From NCBI GenBank assembly GCA_018652595.1, contig JABIBU010000013.1:29043-93042 (forward strand): a DNA stretch of 64,000 nucleotides. The letters run 5' to 3'. A model generated the notes under the pieces. The model had not been told where the DNA came from. It ran no database searches and saw only the letters and a program-made list of their open reading frames with translations. This document shows, in pieces, positions 1 through 8,653 of this stretch. Within the stretch, counting starts at the first letter, position 1. Each line of letters begins with the position of its first letter. A program made the translations under genes and the position numbers. The DNA is from Candidatus Magasanikiibacteriota bacterium. GTDB taxonomy: Bacteria > Patescibacteriota > Patescibacteriia > Magasanikbacterales > UBA922.

Positions 1-715
1 AATAATCCTTATCTACCCCACAAAAGACAGCTAACTTCTCTCGACGTGGCTTGTCCAATTCGTGTGGTCCACGAGCAACTATCATATCAGCCTGTATACC
101 AGCGCTATTTAAAGTTCTAGCAGCATGCTGAGTTGGCTTGGTCTTCATCTCACCGATATGAGCTGGAACTGGCAAATAGCTAACTAGAACAGAAGCAACA
201 TCACCTGGATTTTTTAGCTTCATCATACGAGCAGCTTCTAAAAAGAGAATATTTTCATACTCGCCCACTGTCCCACCAATTTCTACTATAGTAAAATCAG
301 CATCTTGTTTTTCGGCTGAAGCCCTTATTCGTCTAATGATCTCCTCTGGAATATGTGGCACCACCTGCACACATCTACCTTTATATTTCATTGAGCGCTC
401 ATTTTCAATTACAGCTTGGTAGACTCGACCAGTGGTCATATAATTATTAGAATCTAGATCAATTTCTAAAAATCGTTCGTAATTACCCATATCTTGATCT
501 GTTTCATCACCATCGTCTGTAACAAATACCTCACCATGCTCTACTGGATTCATAGTACCAGCATCTACATTTACATAAGGATCAGCTTTCAAAGCCGTGG
601 CAGAAAACCCCTTAGATCGCAAAATTGCCCCAATAGACGCAGCTGTAACACCCTTACCAACCCCAGACATCACACCACCAATAATAAATATAAATTTTCT
701 TGTTTTCTTACTCAT
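1..715 (-). CDS. pyrG: CTP synthase, N-terminal synthetase domain (partial; gene continues past window start)
   Basis: Minus-strand translation from the ATG at 715 reads MSKKTRKFIFIIGGVMSGVGKGVTAASIGAILRSKGF...DPYVNVDAGTMNPVEHGEVFVTDDGDETDQDMGNYERF, which matches the CTP synthase N-terminus. The ORF is open to the window edge. Confidence 0.8.
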   Translation of the reverse strand, partial: MSKKTRKFIFIIGGVMSGVGKGVTAASIGAILRSKGFSATALKADPYVNVDAGTMNPVEHGEVFVTDDGDETDQDMGNYERFLEIDLDSNNYMTTGRVYQAVIENERSMKYKGRCVQVVPHIPEEIIRRIRASAEKQDADFTIVEIGGTVGEYENILFLEAARMMKLKNPGDVASVLVSYLPVPAHIGEMKTKPTQHAARTLNSAGIQADMIVARGPHELDKPRREKLAVFCGVDKDY

Positions 716-764
716 AAAATATGATTTGTCATTTTTATAATGTACACATTATAGCACATTTTTT

Positions 765-794
765 ATAATTAAAAAACCCTCCGTAGATGGAGGG
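765..794 (-). terminator. Intrinsic terminator after rplI
   Basis: Hairpin CCCTCC-gtagat-GGAGGG (777-794) with an A-run at 771-776 on +, which is a T-run after the stem on the minus strand. Confidence 0.5.
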
Positions 795-802
795 GTGATT
801 GT

Positions 803-1249
803 TTACTCTTCGGAGACTCTGACTTGCAGGTCGGCCTCTAGGCCGTGCGGAAATTTTATTTTGACTTCAAATTCCCCGCATTCTTTTATTGCTTTTTTCA
901 GTTCTATTTGACCTGGTTTTATAGTGTATCCCAATTGCCTTTTTATCTCCTGGGCAATTTTGGCGGCACCTACAGCAGAGTAAAGCTTACCACCATCGCT
1001 AGTTTTGGCCAAAATTTCAATTTCAGCCCCATCAATTTTCGATGTCACTTGCTGAGATTCTTTTAGTTCGCCTTCCATCAACTTTGCTTTTTTCTTTTCT
1101 TGTGCCTGTAGCTTATTTACAATATCTGTCGTAGCTGGCTTTGCCAAGTTTTTCTTTATCAAAAAATTACGAGCATAACCATCGGTTACGTCCTTTATAT
1201 CTCCTTTTTCACCTGTTCCAGGTACATTTTGTAGTAATATTACCTTCAT
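803..1249 (-). CDS. rplI: 50S ribosomal protein L9
   Basis: [31 protein letters not shown] is a typical L9 N-domain; the protein is 148 aa. Confidence 0.85.
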   Translation of the reverse strand: MKVILLQNVPGTGEKGDIKDVTDGYARNFLIKKNLAKPATTDIVNKLQAQEKKKAKLMEGELKESQQVTSKIDGAEIEILAKTSDGGKLYSAVGAAKIAQEIKRQLGYTIKPGQIELKKAIKECGEFEVKIKFPHGLEADLQVRVSEE

Positions 1250-1334
1250 ATACTAATATTGTACAACACCCTTGATTTTTATGCAAGTATATGCTATACT
1301 TATCGCGATCTTAATAAACCATCCAAATAAACTT

Positions 1335-2186
1335 ATGAAATCAGGTTTTGTCGTCTTGGTAGGACGATCTAATGTAGGAAAATCAACACTCTTAAATACT
1401 CTAGTCGGCACCAAAATTGCTGCCACGTCTTTTCGTGCCCAGATGACTCGTCATGAGATTCACGGCGTAATGAACACACCAGAAGGGCAGGCTATTTTTA
1501 TAGACACACCAGGGGTCTTTAAGGATAGAAAAAATCCACTAACAGCTAAGTTAACGAACAAAGTAAAAAATGTCTTAGAACAAGAGCTAGACTTAATCGT
1601 ATATGTGGCAGACCCTACTCGTGAGATTGGTGATGAAGAACGAGCCATGCTCGGGATGGTGAAGTATTTGGACATTCCAAAGCTACTTGTGATAAACAAG
1701 AGTGATTTGAGCCCAAGAGAAAGAAAACATCAGAGTGATTACGAAATGTGGGCAGATGATTTTGATGGACTATTTAGACTATCAGCATTGCGAGCTAGCC
1801 ACATCCAACCACTCCGAGAAAAGGTAATGGAATTTTTAGAAGAAGGCCATGAGATGTACGAAAATGGCCAACTTACAAATGTTGATAACTATTTTTGGAT
1901 TGAAGAGATAATCAGAGAAAAAGTTTTTTCAATTTTTGAAAAGGAAATCCCCTACTCCATAACTGTGGCTGTAGAAAATATAGAAGACAAAAAAGATGTG
2001 ATGGTTATCACTGCAAAAGTTCTTACAAATGAAGATCGTTACAAAAAAATAATTATTGGACAAAAAGGAAGAAAGATAAAAGAAATCGGACAGATGGCAA
2101 GAAAAGAACTAGAACAAGCTATAAATAAAAAAATCTTCCTGGAGTTGGAAGTAGAAGTTGATAAACATTGGGTAGAAAGAGTGTAA
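1335..2186 (+). CDS. era: GTPase Era
   Basis: A G1 P-loop (GRSNVGKSTLLN) and DTPG are present, with a C-terminal KH-like region. The track ORF starts at 1272, but the Met at 1335 (MKSGFVVLVG) is the likely start. Confidence 0.8.
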   Translation: MKSGFVVLVGRSNVGKSTLLNTLVGTKIAATSFRAQMTRHEIHGVMNTPEGQAIFIDTPGVFKDRKNPLTAKLTNKVKNVLEQELDLIVYVADPTREIGDEERAMLGMVKYLDIPKLLVINKSDLSPRERKHQSDYEMWADDFDGLFRLSALRASHIQPLREKVMEFLEEGHEMYENGQLTNVDNYFWIEEIIREKVFSIFEKEIPYSITVAVENIEDKKDVMVITAKVLTNEDRYKKIIIGQKGRKIKEIGQMARKELEQAINKKIFLELEVEVDKHWVERV

Positions 2187-2190
2187 AAGC

Positions 2191-2620
2191 CTTAAGCCCT
2201 AAGTCTTAAGCCATAAGTAGTTTACAATTTAAGACTCTTAATTAGACCATTTAACATCCTACCAACTTCTCTGGCTTTTTCTGTCAGAACACCAGCTTTT
2301 TCTTCTGTAATATATCCAAGCTGATAACTCAAAATAAAATAATACTTTACTTCTTCCAAAGATGTATCAGACATTACAAAAAAATGTTTTTTATCTTTAT
2401 TGGTAGATCTTTTTGTTCCTTCTACAATATTTGCCACTACAGAAACTACTGCTCTCCTAATTTGGCTAACTAGGGAATATAATTCATGCTTAGGAAAATC
2501 TTTAGTAATCTTGTAGACATCTAGTGTCAGATAATGTGCCTTTTTCCAAACCTCCAATTTTCTAAATTTCTCCAAACTACCCATAAAAATGATTACGACA
2601 TAAGACTTAAGACTTATGAC
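2191..2620. repeat. Inverted-repeat-flanked cassette around a four-helix-bundle gene
   Basis: CTTAAG-rich repeats sit at 2191-2220 (cttaagccctaagtcttaagccataagtag) and 2598-2620 (cataagacttaagacttatgac). An 11-bp inverted match, taagtcttaag/cttaagactta, brackets ORF 2222-2584. Confidence 0.4.
2222..2584 (-). CDS. Four-helix-bundle protein (23S rRNA intervening-sequence protein family)
   Basis: A 120-aa protein with LEVWKKAHYL...ANIVEG...EE..YYFILS.QLGYI, typical of the TIGR02436-like family. It is paralogous to 17347-17727. Confidence 0.7.
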   Translation of the reverse strand: MGSLEKFRKLEVWKKAHYLTLDVYKITKDFPKHELYSLVSQIRRAVVSVVANIVEGTKRSTNKDKKHFFVMSDTSLEEVKYYFILSYQLGYITEEKAGVLTEKAREVGRMLNGLIKSLKL

Positions 2621-2622
2621 TG

Positions 2623-2964
2623 TTATAGGTTTTTTATTTTCTGTAAATCTTCTTTAATTTTTGTTTTTAATTCCTCTTCGTCTTTAAACTCAATCAAATC
2701 ACTTATTCTCTCACCAATTTCCACTTCCAAAACTTCTCCATAAAAATCTTCTCCAGCATAATCCAACAAGTGCACCTCGAATTTAAAAACTGGACTCTCT
2801 AAGATGGTGAGGCTTGCCAAGAAACTATTGCCAGATAAGACAGCTTTAGAAACGTAAACGCCGGAAGGCAGATCAATATCTTCTTTTTTTATATCCAAAT
2901 TGGCAGTCGGATAACCCAACTGCCTACCATAACCATTACCGTGAATTACTTTTCCACTGTACAT
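2623..2964 (-). CDS. ribF: Riboflavin kinase domain protein (standalone flavokinase)
   Basis: GNGYGRQLGYPTANL...E.HLLDY is a flavokinase-domain motif. The ORF encodes 113 aa. Confidence 0.6.
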   Translation of the reverse strand: MYSGKVIHGNGYGRQLGYPTANLDIKKEDIDLPSGVYVSKAVLSGNSFLASLTILESPVFKFEVHLLDYAGEDFYGEVLEVEIGERISDLIEFKDEEELKTKIKEDLQKIKNL

Positions 2965-2965
2965 A

Positions 2966-4213
2966 TTATTTTGATAGTATTTCTAATGCCTTTTCTACAC
3001 CGAGATCTCTAAAATCAATATCACCAGCCTCTTCATCAATTACGATGTCTACAAACATCTCTTCTAATTCTATATCTGGTACTATTCCTTCTTTATCAAT
3101 TTGTCTATCGTATGGAGTAAACCAACGAGCTACTGTTAGTTTTAGGGCGGAACCATCTGGTAAAATCTCAAACTCTTGGACAGAGCCCTTACCATAACTT
3201 GTCTTACCCACCAAAGTGGCCAACTGATAATCCTGTAAGGCTCCAGCTACGATCTCTGACCCAGAAGCAGTACCCTCATCTATTAAAACTACTGTTGGCA
3301 GGTCTGCAAAACGGTGCTTACCGGCACTACGATATTCACGCTCATCAGTTTCATTAAATTTTTCTTTTACTACTACACCAGAGCTAACCCATTCGCTGAC
3401 AACCGAAACTGAAGTATCAAAATATCCGCCAGGATTACTTCGCAAATCCAAAATAATTCCCTTTGGCGTTTGAAGTAAAATTTCACCTACAGCTTTATCA
3501 AAATCTCCCCAAGTATCATCATTGAAATAACTGACACGCAAATATACAATGTTATTATCCTTCATCTCCCATTCAACAGTAGGAATTGAAATTGTATCAC
3601 GAACAACCATCACATCTTCGAGACCCTCTAAACCGTCGTGACTGATTGTCAATTTAACTTCTGTACCCTTTTTACCGCGAATATTACTAACGGCTTCCTC
3701 CAAATTCATATCATAAGTTTCCACTCCATCAATAGCATATATTTTATCCCCCGATCGTAAACCAGATTTCTCAGCTGGAGACCCTTTTAGCGGGGCTATT
3801 ATAGTCAATTGATTGTTTCGTATGCCTATCTCTGCACCAATACCGTCAAATGCCTCTCCGGACAAATCCCTAGCAAATTTACGAGCTTCTTCTGGGACAA
3901 AAAAGATAGAATAAGGATCATCAAGACCACTCACCAACCCTTGCATAGCACCATAAAACAGACCAACCTCATCAACTGGTTGATCGACGTATTGAGTCTT
4001 TACTTTGTCCCACAAATCCCAAAACTGCTGAAATTCAACCTCTGGGGATCGGCTTTGGGAATATAGATCTAATACTTTTGTTATCTTTACCTCTCCGCTA
4101 TCATCAGTTAAGAGCCCTCGTACTTGCCAGACCCTGCCTATAAACACACCCAAAAGCAAAGAAACCAGTACTAAAAAAATTATGCTTAGATGGAGATACT
4201 TTTTATTTTTCAT
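2966..4213 (-). CDS. ctpA: S41 family C-terminal processing peptidase
   Basis: N-terminal TM segment, a PDZ region (GDKIYAIDG) and the S41 core (LIDEGTASGSEIVAGALQD...GKGSVQ). Confidence 0.75.
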   Translation of the reverse strand: MKNKKYLHLSIIFLVLVSLLLGVFIGRVWQVRGLLTDDSGEVKITKVLDLYSQSRSPEVEFQQFWDLWDKVKTQYVDQPVDEVGLFYGAMQGLVSGLDDPYSIFFVPEEARKFARDLSGEAFDGIGAEIGIRNNQLTIIAPLKGSPAEKSGLRSGDKIYAIDGVETYDMNLEEAVSNIRGKKGTEVKLTISHDGLEGLEDVMVVRDTISIPTVEWEMKDNNIVYLRVSYFNDDTWGDFDKAVGEILLQTPKGIILDLRSNPGGYFDTSVSVVSEWVSSGVVVKEKFNETDEREYRSAGKHRFADLPTVVLIDEGTASGSEIVAGALQDYQLATLVGKTSYGKGSVQEFEILPDGSALKLTVARWFTPYDRQIDKEGIVPDIELEEMFVDIVIDEEAGDIDFRDLGVEKALEILSK

Positions 4214-4276
4214 GTAATATTCTTAATTTTAAACAGGGTTATTATAACCCTGTTTAAGTATTATTTCAAGTGTTAA

Positions 4277-4672
4277 TTATTTTTCTTCTGGCTGGGTAAA
4301 TGTCGCATCAAACTCATATCCAGCATATGTAGTAAGTACTATTCCCCATATAAAACCAACATACATTAGCCAATTAGCATAAAACACTGCGTAGGACTTC
4401 ACAAAAAAAGGTACTGTTATCGCTATATCAAAGACTGTACCAACAACAAGGCCGATCAGGCCAAGCAAAAATCCTTTTTTAATTGTTGGAGGATCCATTT
4501 TGAAATACCATTTTGCCAAAAGCAATACTGCTGGAATTTCCAATACCCACCAGGTCACTTGTATTCTAGTCTGACTATCTTTGAACCATGGAATGAACAT
4601 TAAGACTGAGATAATCACGAATGCGGCTACCCAGACACCAACTCCGAAGATGATTGCACGTTTTAGATTCAT
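4277..4672 (-). CDS. Hypothetical integral membrane protein
   Basis: 131 aa with four predicted TM segments; no motif recognised. Confidence 0.4.
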   Translation of the reverse strand: MNLKRAIIFGVGVWVAAFVIISVLMFIPWFKDSQTRIQVTWWVLEIPAVLLLAKWYFKMDPPTIKKGFLLGLIGLVVGTVFDIAITVPFFVKSYAVFYANWLMYVGFIWGIVLTTYAGYEFDATFTQPEEK

Positions 4673-4697
4673 AAAATTTATATTAAGAATTATTTAG

Positions 4698-5726
4698 TTA
4701 TTTTTTTAAAGTCGTAATAGGTCTAGACTGTGTGATAAATATTTTCCCTTTTTTGTCAATTGCCCATTCTATATCACAGGGAAAACCATAGTGCTCCTCG
4801 ATTCTTTTGCAAACTTCGGCCATCTCAATAATTTGTTTACCGCTTAATTTTTGCTTTTCACCTTCGCTCTTAATTTCAATCCATTCATTCGCCCCGTCTT
4901 CGTCCTCTACCACTTTGGGAACTTTTTCAGACCGAGATTGATCCGCCTTGGGTGGAGACTTCACTAGCTTCCTTGTTTGATGCCCCACATTTATATCAAA
5001 AATGCTCATATCATCCTTATGCACAATATAACTGTCTGGAGTAACCAGACCACCAACTATTGCCTCACCAAGACCATAAGCGGCTTCTATGATCATCTGA
5101 TTATAATCTTCTGTAACAGGATGAACAGTAAAAGTAATACCTGAGATATGTGACTGCACCATTTGTTGCACTACAACAGCAACAGAAACATGCTCGTCAA
5201 TTAAACCTTTTTCATGACGATAAAAAATTGCACGAGGAGTAAATAATGATGACCAGCAATCCTTCACTTTTTCTACAACATTGTCTTTGTCAGTATTCAA
5301 ATAACTTTCCAACTCTCCCGCCCAACTGGCAATATCACCATCTTCGGCTGTGGCGCTGGATCTAACTGCCACATGCTCAGCCCCAAGTTCATCATAAGCT
5401 TCTAAAATTTCTTTTGTTAAATCTTCTGGCATCTTATTATCATGAATTGTATCTCTAATAATAGCACTGGCCTTGTCCAATGAATTGATGTCCTCTGTGT
5501 TAACTTCTTTTAGCCTTGCTTCTATTTCAGCATTTAGATCTGTCTCTTCCAAAAATCTATCAAATGCTGATGACAAAACAACGAAGCCATTTGGTACTGG
5601 AATACCGCTGTTTATCATTTCGCCAAGTGATGCACCCTTTCCTCCGGCAATGTCTACATTTGTTTTGTTTATGTTTTTGAAAGGTTTTATGTGTTGCATA
5701 AAAATTATTTTTTCAACTTTTTCCAA
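4698..5726 (-). CDS. PEP synthase/pyruvate-phosphate dikinase N-terminal nucleotide-binding (PPDK_N-like) domain protein, standalone
   Basis: VDIAGGKGASLGEM...VAVRSSATAEDGD..SWAGE matches the PPDK_N ATP-binding domain. The phosphohistidine and PEP-binding domains are absent. Confidence 0.5.
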   Translation of the reverse strand: MEKVEKIIFMQHIKPFKNINKTNVDIAGGKGASLGEMINSGIPVPNGFVVLSSAFDRFLEETDLNAEIEARLKEVNTEDINSLDKASAIIRDTIHDNKMPEDLTKEILEAYDELGAEHVAVRSSATAEDGDIASWAGELESYLNTDKDNVVEKVKDCWSSLFTPRAIFYRHEKGLIDEHVSVAVVVQQMVQSHISGITFTVHPVTEDYNQMIIEAAYGLGEAIVGGLVTPDSYIVHKDDMSIFDINVGHQTRKLVKSPPKADQSRSEKVPKVVEDEDGANEWIEIKSEGEKQKLSGKQIIEMAEVCKRIEEHYGFPCDIEWAIDKKGKIFITQSRPITTLKK

Positions 5727-6499
5727 ACCTCCCCCACCTCTCTAATTAAGTCTTCGGCATTAAAAAAAGTGTCGACTTTTTCTTTCAACCTATCACCAAC
5801 ATGACAGGCCAGGTGTATACCAGCCAAAACTGAAGTAAGAGGGTCATTTTTACATAAAAAAGAAGAAACTATTCCAGCTACCACATCTCCGGTACCTCCT
5901 TTTGTCATGCCCACATTACCAGTCTTATTCTCATAAAGCTCTTTACCATCACTAATGTAATCATACTGGCCTTTCAAAGCCACGGTACACTGATAGTATT
6001 TTGCCATTTTCAAAACATTGTCTGCGTTTGGCTCACACTTGAAAGTATTTTCAAACTCACGCGAATGAGGGGTGACCACACAGTTTGGATGCAATAGTAA
6101 AGGATCCAAATGCCAAAAAGCAGTAGCATCCACTACAATCTTTTTTTCTGGATATTTTTTCAAAATTTTATGAACTAGGTTCTTATTTGCTCGTGTCTCT
6201 TCCAAGCCAGGACCAATCAAAATTGCATCTACCATTTCTACTGTATCCCACAACTCCTTATTTGAAACATTAATAAAAACCGCGATTTCATTTTTTAATT
6301 TATCAATTAGCCCAGCATTGGTTGGCGAATGGACATAGACCATGTCTACAATTCTAGACGCTGTCTGCATAGACATGAGAAGTGCACCGTGAAACTTTTC
6401 TGATCCGGCGATTATCAAAAGACGGCCATTTTGTCCTTTGTGACTAGATGGGTCTGGTTTTTTAAGCTTATTTAGTATATTTTTGTCTAATATTTGCAT
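5705..6499 (-). CDS. nnr: ADP-dependent NAD(P)H-hydrate dehydratase (YjeF C-terminal carbohydrate-kinase family)
   Basis: HKGQNGRLLIIAGS...GPGLG...TGGTGDVLAG motifs are present. Confidence 0.65.
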   Translation of the reverse strand: MQILDKNILNKLKKPDPSSHKGQNGRLLIIAGSEKFHGALLMSMQTASRIVDMVYVHSPTNAGLIDKLKNEIAVFINVSNKELWDTVEMVDAILIGPGLEETRANKNLVHKILKKYPEKKIVVDATAFWHLDPLLLHPNCVVTPHSREFENTFKCEPNADNVLKMAKYYQCTVALKGQYDYISDGKELYENKTGNVGMTKGGTGDVVAGIVSSFLCKNDPLTSVLAGIHLACHVGDRLKEKVDTFFNAEDLIREVGEVWKKLKK

Positions 6500-6613
6500 A
6501 AAATAACTATATTTAAATCAATTCTTATATATCTATATTGCCTTATTTTAACAAAAAAGTCAATGAAATACATTCACTGACTCTTCTAGGTATACAGTGT
6601 GACAATATCAATA

Positions 6614-8545
6614 TTAGCTGTCCTTTCTATGTGCATCATCCTGCGAGTTATTATCTTGCTTTTTACTATCGGAATCAGCATTGTCATCAAAACTTATTAT
6701 CTCATCTTGTTTTATTTTCTTTGGCTCGCTTACAGTTTGCCGACTATTATCTAAGGTTTTGGCAGGTGTCTGAGAAAAATCTGTATTATTTTCTACACCT
6801 CTATCTGTGCTTTTCTTTTTATTCCTTTTTCTGTTCCTCTTTTTCTTGGATATTATTTCGTCTGATTTTTGTACTCCTTGATGTTTTGTTTCTTTAATCT
6901 CTTTTTCAACTGGTTTCACTTCTGGTTTTTTCTTGCTTTCTTCTTTTTTTACACTATTATCTTTTTTATCCATGTAGGTAGATGCCCTTTGGGTATTTTT
7001 TTCTTCTCTCCCATTATCCGGTTTTTTATCATCTTTAGAACCTTCTCTTTTTTTGTTGGATACCAAATCTTGAATTGATACCATTCTCTCCTCTTTTGTT
7101 TTCTTCTCAGGCTTCTTTTCTTCATTTCTATTTTCGGCTCTTTCTCTGGGCTTAGGTTTTGTTTGGCGGTCTTCTTTGGATAATCCCTCACCCCCATCTT
7201 CACTCCCCTCAGACATACCACTCCAACGTAAAATCTTATCCTCAATAACACTTCTTTTTTTGGCATAACGCTCACGAGAGACTCTTGTTACTTTTTCTGT
7301 ACTACCTGTTGGAGATCCAATTGGTGGCATGGTCACCGCACTAAAAGGTAAGGATGCCACTCCATCAATCATAAGTTTTAAAAATATATGATATTTTGCC
7401 AAATTGACAATGTCCTCCTCCATAAAGGTCGGAGTAAATTCTTTTACCAGTACTTCTGCGTCAGCCCCACCAACTCGAAAAGCAACAATTGTGCCCACAT
7501 TACCAAAGACTGCATCAGCCACAATTTCATCTAGTTGGGCCACGTATTGATGTGCCATGATGAGACTTAGACGATATTTACGAGCCTCTGATAAGATATT
7601 TGCAAAACTAGGTGTAGCAAAGTTTTGAAATTCATCAACATACAAGAAGAAGTCTTTTCTGTCTTTTTCGGGCATGTCGACTCTTTCCATGGCAGCTAGC
7701 TGAATTTGATTTATTAGAATACCACCGAGTAAACGACTATTATCTTCACCGATTCTACCCTTGGATAGATTCATTATAAAAATCTTCTTGTTATCCATCA
7801 ATTCACGAATATTAATCGTAGACTTGACCTGGGCAACCATATTTCGAATAACACTAGCTGACAAAAACTGACCAATTTTATTCTGAATTGGAGCGACTGC
7901 CTCTTGGGCATAACGCTCATTATAGCTAGCAAATTCTGTCTGCCAAAAGGACTTGATAACCGGATCCTTGGAAGCACGAACTACTTTTTTACGATACTCC
8001 TTGTCAGAAAGCATTCTATTAATTCCAAGTAGTGTAGAACCTGGGTAGTCTAATAAAGCCAAAAGGGTGTTATTCAGAATATATTCCATTCTAGAACTCC
8101 ACATGTCCACCCAAATCTTTTTGAAAACTGCCATTAGGCCCGCTGCAACCAAATATTTTTGCTCTTCAGTCGTCACTTCCAAAATATTAAATCCAATTGG
8201 AAAATCAACATCGGCCGGATTGAAATATACAACATCATTAATTCTATTTGCTGGAATATAGTCAATAATTTTTTCAGCAAAATCCCCATGAGGGTCTACT
8301 ACACCCACTCCGTGACCAGCATAGATATCATGAAGAACCATGTTTTCCATCATGGTTGTCTTGCCCATACCAGTCTTCCCTACCACATACATATGTCGAC
8401 GCCTATCATCGGTTTTTGTACCAAAACGCCGCATTTGATTGCGGTAATTAGTTTGGGCAAAAAGACAGACATCTTCTTTTTCTTCCTCTGGTTGTCCTTT
8501 TGCTTTTAAGTGATGTGTAGGCATAATATAATATACAAAATACAC
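6614..8545 (-). CDS. P-loop ATPase of the VirD4/TraG/TraD type IV secretion coupling-protein superfamily, with a long disordered K/E/D-rich C-terminal tail
   Basis: Walker A (VVGKTGMGKTT), Walker B (FFLYVDEFQNF) and a TraG/VirD4-like SEARKYRLSLIMAHQYVAQL motif. There are no N-terminal TM helices. About 240 C-terminal residues are low-complexity and charged. Confidence 0.55.
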   Translation of the reverse strand: MYFVYYIMPTHHLKAKGQPEEEKEDVCLFAQTNYRNQMRRFGTKTDDRRRHMYVVGKTGMGKTTMMENMVLHDIYAGHGVGVVDPHGDFAEKIIDYIPANRINDVVYFNPADVDFPIGFNILEVTTEEQKYLVAAGLMAVFKKIWVDMWSSRMEYILNNTLLALLDYPGSTLLGINRMLSDKEYRKKVVRASKDPVIKSFWQTEFASYNERYAQEAVAPIQNKIGQFLSASVIRNMVAQVKSTINIRELMDNKKIFIMNLSKGRIGEDNSRLLGGILINQIQLAAMERVDMPEKDRKDFFLYVDEFQNFATPSFANILSEARKYRLSLIMAHQYVAQLDEIVADAVFGNVGTIVAFRVGGADAEVLVKEFTPTFMEEDIVNLAKYHIFLKLMIDGVASLPFSAVTMPPIGSPTGSTEKVTRVSRERYAKKRSVIEDKILRWSGMSEGSEDGGEGLSKEDRQTKPKPRERAENRNEEKKPEKKTKEERMVSIQDLVSNKKREGSKDDKKPDNGREEKNTQRASTYMDKKDNSVKKEESKKKPEVKPVEKEIKETKHQGVQKSDEIISKKKRNRKRNKKKSTDRGVENNTDFSQTPAKTLDNSRQTVSEPKKIKQDEIISFDDNADSDSKKQDNNSQDDAHRKDS

Positions 8546-8653
8546 GTATTAAAATACAAGATACAAATATTATATCATAATTATCTAATAAAAACAAAAC
8601 CCCCACTAGGAGGATTGGTTTGTAGAATTATTTTTAAATCTGTAAAGCCAATG

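Noticed and set aside
845-1066. 73-aa plus-strand ORF
   Set aside because: It is antisense inside rplI, with no RBS and low-complexity F-rich composition; a spurious ORF.
6949-7275. 108-aa ORF in another frame of the T4SS ATPase tail, and 6538-6897 (+)
   Set aside because: These are products of the K/E-rich, low-complexity coding repeat of the real minus-strand gene; no RBS.
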